From positions 802,241-866,240 of the forward strand of contig OY763921.1 of NCBI GenBank assembly GCA_963667625.1: DNA of 64,000 nucleotides. The letters are read 5' to 3'. Of this stretch, positions 51,042 through 63,507 are shown piece after piece. The position numbers and the translations under genes are program-made. Below the pieces are notes generated by a model, which made no database searches, was not told the origin of the DNA, and saw only the letters and a program-made list of their open reading frames with translations. This DNA is from Thermodesulfobacteriota bacterium (GTDB lineage Bacteria > Desulfobacterota_D > UBA1144 > Nemesobacterales > Nemesobacteraceae). Every line of letters starts with the position of its first letter. The first letter of the stretch is position 1.

Positions 51042-51290
51042 TATACTGAATATCCGGTTCTCGATATTCCTGCGCACAAAGTTCCTAGCAAAATTTATTT
51101 CTGAGGTTGTATCAGCATTTCAGCGTCACACAGATGAGATAGATACTGTTTCTAAAGCAGAGACCGAAAAAGAAAGCCGAACCCCCGTATAAACTTAGCA
51201 GCATGATTAAGGACTTGCGGTTTGACGAATACATACACATGAAAGAGCAGTCAAAAATGAAAAAGATTGAAGAAAACAGAAAGGAGAATA

Positions 51291-51857
51291 ATGATGGGAA
51301 TCAAACCTGATCACTGGATAAGGAAAATGGCGCTTGAGCACAAGATGATAGATCCTTTTGTGGAAGGGCAGGTAAGCAAGGGCGTTATATCGTATGGCCT
51401 CTCCTCTTACGGCTACGACATAAGGGTAAGCAGTGAGTTCAAGGTGTTTACCAACCTCCACAGCGCCGTAGTTGACCCTAAGAATTTCGATCCCAAGTCC
51501 TTTGTGGAGATAGAGGATGATTACTGCATAATTCCGCCGAACTCCTTTGCGCTTGCAAAGACCGTTGAGTATTTCAGGATACCCAGAAGCACCGTTACCG
51601 TGTGCGTCGGTAAATCCACTTACGCAAGGTGCGGGATAATCGTAAATGTCACCCCTTTTGAACCCGAGTGGGAGGGATATGTGACGCTTGAGATCTCAAA
51701 TACGACTCCCATTCCCGCGAAGATATATTCAAACGAGGGGATCGCCCAGGTGCTATTTTTCGAAGGAGACGAGGGGTGCGAAATCTCTTACGCGGACAAG
51801 AAAGGCAAATATCAGAAACAGACCGGCATCACGCATCCGAAAATTTCGCAGGCATAA
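51291..51857 (+). CDS. dcd: dCTP deaminase
   Basis: Dcd/dUTPase-fold motifs ([32 protein letters not shown]). The internal Met after the RBS aggagaataATG is the chosen start. Confidence 0.8.
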   Translation: MMGIKPDHWIRKMALEHKMIDPFVEGQVSKGVISYGLSSYGYDIRVSSEFKVFTNLHSAVVDPKNFDPKSFVEIEDDYCIIPPNSFALAKTVEYFRIPRSTVTVCVGKSTYARCGIIVNVTPFEPEWEGYVTLEISNTTPIPAKIYSNEGIAQVLFFEGDEGCEISYADKKGKYQKQTGITHPKISQA

Positions 51858-52040
51858 GGTTCTCGAAAGCAATCCTGTCCACCAGAGACCGATTGGTCCT
51901 ACAATCTGCCGAAAATTCGGGATTTATATACGCCACTGCCCAAAAGTGTGATAAGATGTAAGTACGGGCTTAATGTATTCCCTGCAGAGCAAGTTTGAGA
52001 TAATACTGCAGCGTCTGGACAATATGGAGAAGCGCCTCAA

Positions 52041-52391
52041 ATGAGCGACGCAGGATTTAAAATTCAGGTCGATCAGTTCAAAGGAGTTCTGATAATAAGC
52101 ATATCCGGCGAGATCAAAGGCCTGAACGGACGGGAATTTCACCGTGCGATATTCCAGGAAATCCAAGGGCAGGAGGTCCCTATAGTTCTGGACCTCGAAG
52201 GGCTGACCTACATCAACAGCACGGGACTGCGCTCGATCCTGCTTGTCGCCAAAAGGCAGCAGGAAAACAAAGCGGAATTCGCGGTGTGCTCCCTGTCCGG
52301 ACCTATCAGAGAAGTATTCGAGATCACGTGCTTTGACCGGATCATATCGGTGCTTGATTCCCGCTCCGAAGCCATAGCAGCGGTAACTTAG
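52041..52391 (+). CDS. STAS-domain anti-sigma-factor antagonist (SpoIIAA-like)
   Basis: The STAS pattern (ILDLEGLTYINSTGLRSILLV) is seen. Confidence 0.7.
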   Translation: MSDAGFKIQVDQFKGVLIISISGEIKGLNGREFHRAIFQEIQGQEVPIVLDLEGLTYINSTGLRSILLVAKRQQENKAEFAVCSLSGPIREVFEITCFDRIISVLDSRSEAIAAVT

Positions 52392-52550
52392 AAGTTATTC
52401 CTAATTGACATCTTCAAGGTCTTCAAGCTTTTTTATAAGCTCTTCTTCAAGAAGCCTTATGCCGACTTTGATGCTTTCTGGATCAGATGCGAAATCTGAT
52501 TCTTCCTTCCTAGCATGGGCAGGCATGTATATAAATCCCAAAAATTCTGA

Positions 52551-55127
<2,577 letters not shown>

Positions 55128-55166
55128 CAACTCACTTTCTCCACTTCAGCCCCATCTACGATAGTT

Positions 55167-55802
55167 TTATGCTTCCCATAACTTTTCTAACTCGGGAGAT
55201 TCACCGATTTCGTTATTCGGGTCGTAGAACTTAGAAGACTTTAATATCCAAATAGACTTATTTATAGATGCCTCGATTTTCTTTTCTTTCTCTTGCTGTT
55301 CATAATACAGGCTCGCATACGAGATGTTCTTGCTGTCCAGTGCTAAGAGCTTTATTGTTTCTAATACATCAATACAAATATTAGGGATACCTTCGAGAGA
55401 TATTGACCAAGAAAGATTAGGCTGAAAATGTTCGAAATTATTTCTAAAGTGACGATGTAACCAGAGTATGGAGTTCTTTTGATTAAGAGTCAATTCAATC
55501 GGAAGAGAATGATAAAAACGCTTTACCCCAATACAGAGTTTTAAGGCAGTTATTAGATCGACAACCCCACCTTTTTTTCTTTGGACAATGCCTGGATTTG
55601 TCCCAGCCGCAACAGTTAATGCGAAAGTATAAAGCGAATGCTGCAAGCAGATAATTACCCATTTCCAATGGAATGCTCCCCAACAGATTCCATCATCTTG
55701 AAGTAGTCTTGTATGTTTCTCAGCTCTACAAATATATTCTTCAGCTCTGAGAAGAGAATCTACGGCATTCTCTTTGTCGTTGATTCTTAAGTAATTTCCC
55801 AT
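55167..55802 (-). CDS. AT-rich orphan protein, 211 aa, with an RNxxxH (HEPN/Abi-like) motif
   Basis: The motif WLHRHFRNNFEHF occurs in the middle of a predicted alpha-helical protein. Very AT-rich relative to neighbours. Confidence 0.4.
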   Translation of the reverse strand: MGNYLRINDKENAVDSLLRAEEYICRAEKHTRLLQDDGICWGAFHWKWVIICLQHSLYTFALTVAAGTNPGIVQRKKGGVVDLITALKLCIGVKRFYHSLPIELTLNQKNSILWLHRHFRNNFEHFQPNLSWSISLEGIPNICIDVLETIKLLALDSKNISYASLYYEQQEKEKKIEASINKSIWILKSSKFYDPNNEIGESPELEKLWEA

Positions 55803-55882
55803 TTCGGTTTGCCTTTCCTATATATGGTTGTCGGGGTTGATGTGTAAATCCCTGAAAAACAAGATTATGAACCAGTGGATTT

Positions 55883-56932
55883 CTAAAGAATTCCCGAGAC
55901 GATAAGAAAACTTATGAGGAGCAGATTGGCTACTGCTAGGGGGAAAAGCCTCTTCCAGCCGAGACTCATTACCTGATCGTACCTGAACCGTGGCAAAGTC
56001 CATCTTACCCAGATGAACAGAAAGAGTAAGAAAAGGACTTTGCCGATAAAAACGGCAGGCGGCAGATACCAATGCGTGTTGATATCAATGCCGAACCACC
56101 CTCCGATTGGTAAGGGATACCAACCACCCAAAAACAAACAAGTTATCATGCACGAAGCAACTATCATGTGAGTATATTCAGCCATGAAGAACATTGCAAA
56201 TTTCATACTGCTGTATTCGGTGTGGTAGCCGGCGACTATCTCGGGCTCGGCTTCCGGCATATCAAACGGAAGCCTGTTGGTTTCGGCAAACGCGGAAACT
56301 ACGAAAACCACAAAGCCTATAAAGGACGGGATCATAAACCACATTTTCTCCTGCGCTTCGATTATGTCCCCGAGGCGAAGCGAACCCGTTATGGCGATTA
56401 CCCCCAGTATGGATAGACCCAGAGCGAGTTCATAGCTTATCATCTGCGCGCCCGCCCGGAGGCCTCCCAGGAGTGAGTACTTGCTGTTGGAACCCCATCC
56501 GCCGAGCACGACGCCGTATACGCTGAGCGAACTTATTCCGAGCACGTAGAGAAGGCCGACATTTATGTCGGCTATCTGGAGCCTTATGAATACGGGATCC
56601 TGAAGAAATCCGAAGAGATCCGTGTGAAACCCCTTTCCTATTGGAATCACGGCGAGGGCCGCGAGGGCCGTGACGAGTGCGAACGCCGGGGCCATTATAT
56701 ACATGGTCTTGTTTGCATTTTTCGGAATTATGTCTTCTTTGAAGATGAACTTGATGCCATCGGCGAGAGGCTGGAGCAGTCCCGAAGGTCCGACCCTATT
56801 CGGTCCGTAGCGGTCCTGCATGAAGGCGCTTAACCTTCTTTCTGCGAAAGTCAGATAGGCGACAACCGTCAGGACGACGAAAAAGACAAGCGCTATCTTT
56901 GCGACAGCTATTGATATTAGAAGTGGAGTCAT
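55883..56932 (-). CDS. nuoH: NADH-quinone oxidoreductase subunit H
   Basis: NuoH pattern (RLSAFMQDRYGPNRVGPSGLLQPLADGIKF). Confidence 0.9.
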   Translation of the reverse strand: MTPLLISIAVAKIALVFFVVLTVVAYLTFAERRLSAFMQDRYGPNRVGPSGLLQPLADGIKFIFKEDIIPKNANKTMYIMAPAFALVTALAALAVIPIGKGFHTDLFGFLQDPVFIRLQIADINVGLLYVLGISSLSVYGVVLGGWGSNSKYSLLGGLRAGAQMISYELALGLSILGVIAITGSLRLGDIIEAQEKMWFMIPSFIGFVVFVVSAFAETNRLPFDMPEAEPEIVAGYHTEYSSMKFAMFFMAEYTHMIVASCMITCLFLGGWYPLPIGGWFGIDINTHWYLPPAVFIGKVLFLLFLFIWVRWTLPRFRYDQVMSLGWKRLFPLAVANLLLISFLIVSGIL

Positions 56933-58536
56933 CTGCCTGCGCCGTGTTCGAGAACTTTCCCGACGGTACCTATTCTGTCGTAGCTGATCCCCCCGTATCC
57001 GGGGATATTGAGGCTTATGTCATCCATCACGTCCGACGCGGAGCCGTAGCTGAACAGGGCTTTATCGAGCCGCTCCCCGATCATGCACAGTATTTCCCAT
57101 CCGGGCTTAGCTTTTCCGGGAGGAGGGATGGCTTTTCCTATTTTCTGAACCCGCCCGGCATCGTTTGTGAAAGTTCCGTCTTTTTCATAGGGGCTTGCCG
57201 CCGGAAGTATTACGTGCGCGTATCTAGCGGTCTCGGTTAGTTTATAGTCGATAACGGCGAGAAAGCCGATTTTCTCAAGAGCCCGGGAAAGAGCGTATTT
57301 CTCGTGGCCTGAAACCATCTCAAACAGGTCAGCTTCGATGACGACCAGCGTATTGATCCTGCCGGCAAGCAGCGAGTCGATCGTCGTTTTCGTATCGTTT
57401 CCGTTTGCCTGCATCATGAAATTCCTTGCTCCCGCGCTGTTTGGATATGGATCGTTGCTTACGAGATCGAATTTTTTCTCTATTTTCTCGGTTCCCGTGG
57501 CGCAGATCGCCGTGCAGTCTCCAAGGGTAGATGAAAGCTTCGCCACAAGAAACATTTCCTCGTTTGTAAGCCTGGCTGATCCCGCAATTGCGCAGGCGCC
57601 CGCTCCGCCCGACTTTATTCCCGAGAGCCTAGCCCCGACGCTGTTAACAGCGTTTTCCCAGGAAGCTATCTCGTAGTCCTTATCGCTTTTCATTATGGGA
57701 TCCTTAAGCCTGGTCGACTCCTGGACCCCCCTGTAGTCGAATCTTCCCCTGTCGCATATCCAGTGCCCGTTAACTTCCTGGTTTATTCTCGGGCGTATGC
57801 GGGAGACCTCTCCTTTTCTCGGATCGACGCCCACGGTAATGTTGCACCCGGTGCTGCAGAGAGAACACACGGAGTCTGTGAATTGCATGTACCAGACCCT
57901 CTCTTCATGGAGAGTGTTTTTGGGGAGCAAGGCCCCGACCGGGCAGATGTCAATCACGTTTCCGGCAAGCTCGTTATCAAGCGTCTTCCCGGGGAAAACG
58001 GAGATTTTCTTCCGAAATCCTCTTCCTGTGGTTCCAAGTTCATGGGTTTTTGTCACCTCATCCGTGAAACGCACGCACCTGGTGCACATGATGCACCTGT
58101 TGGCGTCGTACATTATGCGGTCGCTCAGGTAGCTTTTCTGCCTTACCTTCTTGTTCTCGGGACCGCCGACCCTGCTGTAGCCGGGACCGTGAGTGAAAGT
58201 GGTCATCTGGAGCGGACATTCCCCGCCCTTGTCGCATATGGGACAGTCAAGCGGGTGATTTATCAGCGTGAACTCGACTGCCGCCTTTCTGGCTTCAAAA
58301 GCTTTTTCGGTGTCTGTTTTGACCACGAGGCCGTCTCTTACGGTCGTGTTGCATGCGGGAAGCACCTTGGGAACGCCTTCCACTTCCACGAGGCACTGCC
58401 TGCACTGGGCGACTACGCTTAGCGAAGGGTGATAGCAGAAGTGAGGGATTTCTATCCCGGCCACCGCGGCGGCCTGGATGACGTTCAGTCCGTCGTCCAC
58501 ATCAAGTTCGATTCCGTCGATGGTTATCTTGGGCAT
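56929..58536 (-). CDS. nuoG: NADH-quinone oxidoreductase subunit G (short form, 535 aa)
   Basis: N-terminal 2Fe-2S (C..C..C), 4Fe-4S clusters (HPLDCPICDKGGEC) and a truncated molybdopterin-oxidoreductase-like domain. Confidence 0.8.
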   Translation of the reverse strand: MPKITIDGIELDVDDGLNVIQAAAVAGIEIPHFCYHPSLSVVAQCRQCLVEVEGVPKVLPACNTTVRDGLVVKTDTEKAFEARKAAVEFTLINHPLDCPICDKGGECPLQMTTFTHGPGYSRVGGPENKKVRQKSYLSDRIMYDANRCIMCTRCVRFTDEVTKTHELGTTGRGFRKKISVFPGKTLDNELAGNVIDICPVGALLPKNTLHEERVWYMQFTDSVCSLCSTGCNITVGVDPRKGEVSRIRPRINQEVNGHWICDRGRFDYRGVQESTRLKDPIMKSDKDYEIASWENAVNSVGARLSGIKSGGAGACAIAGSARLTNEEMFLVAKLSSTLGDCTAICATGTEKIEKKFDLVSNDPYPNSAGARNFMMQANGNDTKTTIDSLLAGRINTLVVIEADLFEMVSGHEKYALSRALEKIGFLAVIDYKLTETARYAHVILPAASPYEKDGTFTNDAGRVQKIGKAIPPPGKAKPGWEILCMIGERLDKALFSYGSASDVMDDISLNIPGYGGISYDRIGTVGKVLEHGAGR

Positions 58537-58599
58537 AGAGGGGGCTCAAGGGAAAAAACGATTAGGCTAAATACTATCAGAGAAAGTCCTTTTGACAAG

Positions 58600-58815
58600 T
58601 CAGGCGTTCTCGTTCTTTTCGGGGGCCTGGAACTTGGTTTTCTCGTCAAAATCGTCTTCAAACTCTATGGTTTTCTTAAGATCATCCTTGGTTCTCTGGA
58701 GTTCTCTTATCCCCCTGCCAAGAGTCCTTGCGACTTTTGGCAGCTCTTTGGGCCCCAAAACTATGAGGGCGATGAAGAGTATTATCAGTAATTCAGCCGT
58801 GCCAAGTCCGAACAT
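58600..58815 (-). CDS. tatA: Twin-arginine translocase subunit TatA/E
   Basis: MFGLGTAELLIILFIALIVLGPKELP followed by an amphipathic helix. The internal Met is the chosen start. Confidence 0.8.
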   Translation of the reverse strand: MFGLGTAELLIILFIALIVLGPKELPKVARTLGRGIRELQRTKDDLKKTIEFEDDFDEKTKFQAPEKNENA

Positions 58816-58856
58816 GGTTTTTCCCCCTAGCATCTAATATAACCAAAACCGGGGAA

Positions 58857-60089
58857 CTAAGTGCCGAATTTCTCAGTTTTTTTTGCGGGAGTTCTTATAA
58901 GAAGCGTTAATAAGGCCGTTATGAAAGACGCTGCCATCGCCACGATAAGGGAGTTCTGGTAGCTCTGGGTCATGTCGAAGAGAAATCCCGAAATAAGGGG
59001 GCCGCTGATTGCGGCTAGGGAGAACCCGGTTCCGAAAACACCGAAGATGCTTCCAAGCGACTTAAGGCCGTAGAATTTTCCAAGTATAGTCGGAAACATC
59101 GGCACCCATCCGCTGTAGAAAAAGCCGAACAGAAAGCCGAACAGGTAAAGCGACCATACCTCAACGACCGACAGAATCAGGATTATTGAAGTTGCCTGAA
59201 AGAAATAACATATAAACAGTATGCGCACGTCCCTGAGCATGTTGGTTACCACTCCCGAGAAGAAAATCCGCCCTATAATGCTTCCGACCCCTATGAAGGC
59301 GGGCGCCCCGGCCGCTACGAGCGGTGTTATTCCAGACCCTACCGAGAAGTTAAAAAGGTTAACGATAATAATAAGAAAAGTGTTAAACCCGAAGAAAAAG
59401 GCGGCGTACATAAGCCAGAAACTTGAGTGTGAAAACGCTTCTTTCGCCCCCCAGTCAGGTGCTTCAGTATCTTTTGCCGCATCCTCCGAGTTCTCTCCGT
59501 ACGGCCTGAGATTCATGTCCTCGGGGCGGCTTTTCACTAGGAACGCGGAACAAAGTATCGCGGTAAAGATTACAGAGAGATAAACAAGGGCGCGCTCGTA
59601 ACCGAATGATTCTATAAGCCAGGTGGTAAGCGGGTTTACCACCAGCCCGCTTACCGGAACCCCCGCCGTGGCGATCCCTATGGCAAGCGCCCTTTTCTTG
59701 ATAAACCACCTGCTGATAATGGTGACGGGCAGTATGTAAAGAAATCCATCTCCTATTCCCACCATTACGCTGTAGGTAAGATAAAGTTCCCAGGTAGTTT
59801 CGGCATAAGCGGAGAGAAGGAAGCCGAATGCTCCTATAAGCCCTCCAAAGAAGGTGAGGAGCCTCGCGTCGTGGGTGTCTATAAGCCTTCCCGCGAACAC
59901 GAACGAAAAGGCCATGCACACGCACCTGAGGGAAAAAAATGACGATCCGACGGCGGTTGAGAGACCGAAAGCTTCGTTCAGGTAAGGGAGAAATATCCCG
60001 AACGAGTAGAGAACCATCCCGTCAAGCGTTATGAGCAGGTGTCCTGCTATGACTATTATCCATCCGTAAAAGAATCTGTTTCTAAGCAT
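58857..60089 (-). CDS. MFS-family transporter (12 TM)
   Basis: Hydrophobicity pattern. The MFS loop motif is G(R/K)LIDT-like GRLIDTHD. Confidence 0.65.
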   Translation of the reverse strand: MLRNRFFYGWIIVIAGHLLITLDGMVLYSFGIFLPYLNEAFGLSTAVGSSFFSLRCVCMAFSFVFAGRLIDTHDARLLTFFGGLIGAFGFLLSAYAETTWELYLTYSVMVGIGDGFLYILPVTIISRWFIKKRALAIGIATAGVPVSGLVVNPLTTWLIESFGYERALVYLSVIFTAILCSAFLVKSRPEDMNLRPYGENSEDAAKDTEAPDWGAKEAFSHSSFWLMYAAFFFGFNTFLIIIVNLFNFSVGSGITPLVAAGAPAFIGVGSIIGRIFFSGVVTNMLRDVRILFICYFFQATSIILILSVVEVWSLYLFGFLFGFFYSGWVPMFPTILGKFYGLKSLGSIFGVFGTGFSLAAISGPLISGFLFDMTQSYQNSLIVAMAASFITALLTLLIRTPAKKTEKFGT

Positions 60090-60131
60090 AGGTTTTTCGG
60101 TTGGAAACGGAATTTCGTCGCTTGGGGCTAA

Positions 60132-61415
60132 TCAGAGAAGTTTCCGAAAATCACCGTGTCCTCTGAGGTCGGCGAGTTTTTTGAGGGGAAATGCTTTTTC
60201 CTCTCCAGTTCTCATGTTGCGAAGCGAAAAGACTTTTTTCCGAAGCTCGTCATCTCCGATAATAACGGAATACGCCGCCCCGGTCCTGTTCGCTTTTCTC
60301 ATCTGGCTTTTTAGGCTTTTGTTTTCGTATTCGGTTTCGACCCGGATGCCCTTTTTCCTCAGGGTATCGGCTATCTTTGCCGCTTCCCTCCTGGCTTGCT
60401 CCCCGATATGGATAATGCATATGAGCTGTTTTTTTCCGGGGGAATTCCTCTGTGTCCCGGTTTTCTCAAGCAGAAGCAGCAGTCTCTCAAGCCCCATCGC
60501 GAAACCCACGGCGGGAGTTTCCGGCCCTCCCATCCGCTCAACCAGAAGGTCGTATCTTCCTCCGGCGGCCACGGCGTTCTGGGAACCGAGCTTGTCCGTT
60601 GTTACCTCGAAGACGGTATCCGTGTAGTAATCAAGTCCTCTTACTATCCTTGGGTTGAGTCTGTAGGGTATTGATTTTTCATCGAGGGATGAGGTGAGTG
60701 CGTTCAGGTGCTCACTGCTTTGCTCCGAGAGATAATCCAGAATCGAGAAGGGAATCCCGGAAGTTATCTCGCGGCACGCTCCGGTCTTGCAGTCAAGCGT
60801 GCGTAGGGGATTGGTGTCGAGCCTGTTTCGGCAGTTCTCGCAAAGCGAGTCCTTGTTCGGGGAAAGAAAGTCCGTAAGGGCTTTTTTGTACCGCTCGCGC
60901 TCAGCGGGTTTTCCTATGGAGTTAAGTTCGAGAGCCACGTGGTCAGAGAGCCCGAGTTCCGTTATCGCAAGCCAGAGCATTGCGATTATCTCCGAATCCG
61001 CAAGCGGATCCCGCGAGCCGAAAAGCTCCGCTCCTATCTGGTTAAAGCTTCTCTGCCTTCCTTCCTGGGGTTTTTCATGCCTGAACATCTCGCCCGAGTA
61101 GTAAAGCTTTGTCACAGGCGATTTTCTGTGGAGAGAGTGCTCTATAAAAGCCCTCACAACTCCCGCCGTTCCCTCAGGGCGCATCGAGACCCACTCTCCT
61201 CCCTTGGTCTCGAAAGTGTACATCTCCTTCTGAACTATATCGGTAGTGTCGCCTAGGCCGGTTGAGTAGACCCCTGAGAGTTCAAGAACCGGAATGATTA
61301 TCTCGGAGAAACCGAAGCGCTCGAACACCTCTCTGGTTCTGCTCTCGACAAGTCGCAGTTTCTCCGTTTCGGGGTGAAATATGTCTTTGAATCCGTGAAG
61401 ACGGGCTGCTTTCAT
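60132..61415 (-). CDS. hisS: Histidine--tRNA ligase (start possibly at 61472)
   Basis: Class II motifs are present (FRHEKPQEGRQRSFNQIG, GGRYDLLVERMGG). The anticodon-binding domain is at the C-terminus. Confidence 0.85.
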   Translation of the reverse strand: MKAARLHGFKDIFHPETEKLRLVESRTREVFERFGFSEIIIPVLELSGVYSTGLGDTTDIVQKEMYTFETKGGEWVSMRPEGTAGVVRAFIEHSLHRKSPVTKLYYSGEMFRHEKPQEGRQRSFNQIGAELFGSRDPLADSEIIAMLWLAITELGLSDHVALELNSIGKPAERERYKKALTDFLSPNKDSLCENCRNRLDTNPLRTLDCKTGACREITSGIPFSILDYLSEQSSEHLNALTSSLDEKSIPYRLNPRIVRGLDYYTDTVFEVTTDKLGSQNAVAAGGRYDLLVERMGGPETPAVGFAMGLERLLLLLEKTGTQRNSPGKKQLICIIHIGEQARREAAKIADTLRKKGIRVETEYENKSLKSQMRKANRTGAAYSVIIGDDELRKKVFSLRNMRTGEEKAFPLKKLADLRGHGDFRKLL

Positions 61416-61643
61416 AATAGGTTTCCCCGAGTTTTCCCCGCGCGGGGTTAAGGTTATACGCTCTTCAGTCAAAAATAAAGTTCCTGATACCCCAAGAGCG
61501 CTGTTCCAGAAATACCTAGGATGGGAGGTCGGTGAATGCCGCCGACAGGCATTAAAGCTCCGGCAACCGGGGTTTTCAACCGACCCCTCGAAGCTGTCTT
61601 CCCGAGTCCGCGGTGAACAATATGGGCTTATAGCCTGAAGACG

Positions 61644-62957
61644 TTAATTTGTATTCGCTTCTTCGCCTTCAAAATTCAAATAATTTCTTTGCGGGTTGCC
61701 CTGAGCATCGTATGTATCAACCGCGTAGAGTCCGTCCGTTATGTCTCCGTATTCATTAAGATCGATCGGACCCGAGATTCCTTCGTAGTCGATGTCGTCG
61801 TTAACCTTGGTCTCATCCGTAAGAGCGGCGGCGCAGGTAGCGTAACTGTGGCATTTTGTTCCCCCTGCCGTGACTTCCTGAACCTTGGAAACGTAATCGG
61901 AGGGATCATTGCTTCCGGCACTTAGAGCGGCGAGCCTGAGTATGATCACCGCGTCGTAGGCGTGCGCGGCATAATCACTGAAATCAAACCGTTCTTTAAA
62001 CTCATCAAGCCTTGGACCGGGAGGCGGAGTTGAGATTACCTGCTTGAACCCTTCAATCTCGCCGTTTTCCTCATCCACATGCTGGAAAAGGGCGGCAGAG
62101 AACGGGAGCCCGTCTCCGAAGTAGTATCCGACCTCATCGGGAACTTCGGAGGAATCAAGCAGTCCCCTGACTATGGCCCCTCCCTCAACGTTAAAAACAA
62201 GCAGCACTATGGATTCTACGTTCTGGATTCCCTGTATTTCAGTTTCAACATCTGAAACCACATCGGCGGCCCGCTGCGAAACCGTGTCTTCATTTGCGTC
62301 ATCCGGGAAATCAGCGGGGTCATAGCTAACGACCTTGACCTGTCTGCCGTCACGGGTTATTTCGTCTCTCACTAGCGCCTCGAGAGCTGCTCCCCACGCG
62401 TCATCACGATACACTATGACCGTGTTGCCCTGGGACTGTTTTGCCAGTATCGGGGCCTGAAAGAGGTCGGAAGGGGCTACTCTGAAGAAAAAAGGCTGGT
62501 TTCCGCTGTCTGCGATCTTTTTGTTTTCATCCGTGAGGGTGGGGGAAGTTGCCGAGGGAGAAATGGCCACTATCTCGTTATCGCTCAGAAGAGGATGAAT
62601 AGACAGGGAGTCTGAGGAGTATGAAGGCGCTACCATGCCGTGGACGCCCATTTCAAGAAGCTGAGTTGCGCTTGCCGTCGCTTGGGACGCTCCCGCCTGA
62701 AAAGAGTTTCCACTTATGATTTCCACATTTCCCCCAGCCTTGTTAATGTCTTCTTTGGCTAGATTAACGGCTTCTATAAGAGAGCCGTTAAACCCTTCGC
62801 CTTCAGCCAGAAGCGTTCCTATGCAGAAGGCCTCCCCGCAGTCTATTCCGTCCCCGTCGTCGTCTCCGCTCCAGAGATCATCCCAGCTGCATCCCGAGAA
62901 AAGCAGTCCCGATAGAATGAACAGAAAAACATATCCAAAAGCACTCATTTTTTTCAT
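61644..62957 (-). CDS. ABC-transporter periplasmic substrate-binding lipoprotein, LivK/Peripl_BP_6-type; paralog of 40759-42021
   Basis: Lipobox LLFSGC. Shared C-terminal block with the paralog (DDIDYEGISGPIDLNEYGD versus [19 protein letters not shown]). Confidence 0.65.
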   Translation of the reverse strand: MKKMSAFGYVFLFILSGLLFSGCSWDDLWSGDDDGDGIDCGEAFCIGTLLAEGEGFNGSLIEAVNLAKEDINKAGGNVEIISGNSFQAGASQATASATQLLEMGVHGMVAPSYSSDSLSIHPLLSDNEIVAISPSATSPTLTDENKKIADSGNQPFFFRVAPSDLFQAPILAKQSQGNTVIVYRDDAWGAALEALVRDEITRDGRQVKVVSYDPADFPDDANEDTVSQRAADVVSDVETEIQGIQNVESIVLLVFNVEGGAIVRGLLDSSEVPDEVGYYFGDGLPFSAALFQHVDEENGEIEGFKQVISTPPPGPRLDEFKERFDFSDYAAHAYDAVIILRLAALSAGSNDPSDYVSKVQEVTAGGTKCHSYATCAAALTDETKVNDDIDYEGISGPIDLNEYGDITDGLYAVDTYDAQGNPQRNYLNFEGEEANTN

Positions 62958-63190
62958 GGCCAGACCTCCTTTATGTCTTGCTTCGCACTTGCGGGGCGGG
63001 GTTAACGCCGATTGACTGCACTGGCAGCATTTTTTACAATATTCCTTGCAAAAACAATATCACGGATCGGATGTTTTTCAATCAGCAGTACCAATTGCGA
63101 TGATTTCACGTCGCGGAAAAAGCATTGGGTCAAAATCTGTGTGAAGGGAAAAAGCGGATAAGAAATGGCGGCGAAACGAGCAAGGGCGCG

Positions 63191-63481
63191 TTATTCGTTT
63201 ATCAGTTTTTCTTCGAATTCGCCTATGGGGATTGCGGCAAGGGTTTCTATATGAATAGTTCCCCTTGAGCCGAGTTCTATTACGATTTTCGTTATGGTCT
63301 CATTGTCGGGCGCTTCGATTATGTTCACGAAGTCGTAAGGACCTAGCGCCGCATACTGAGCTTCGACCTTGGCGCCCATCTCTTCAAGCTCCCTGTTAAC
63401 CTCCTTTATCCTCTCGGGCCTCATCTTTATGGTCCTCCTGCCCTCGTCGGTAAGGTTGCTAAGCATGATGTATTTACCCAT
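63191..63481 (-). CDS. GYD-domain protein
   Basis: MGKYIMLSNLTDEG.... About 95 aa. Confidence 0.6.
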   Translation of the reverse strand: MGKYIMLSNLTDEGRRTIKMRPERIKEVNRELEEMGAKVEAQYAALGPYDFVNIIEAPDNETITKIVIELGSRGTIHIETLAAIPIGEFEEKLINE

Positions 63482-63507
63482 TTTTCGTGCCCATGCCTGG
63501 AACGTGA

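Noticed and set aside
57763-58422. 219-aa plus-strand ORF
   Set aside because: Antisense within nuoG.
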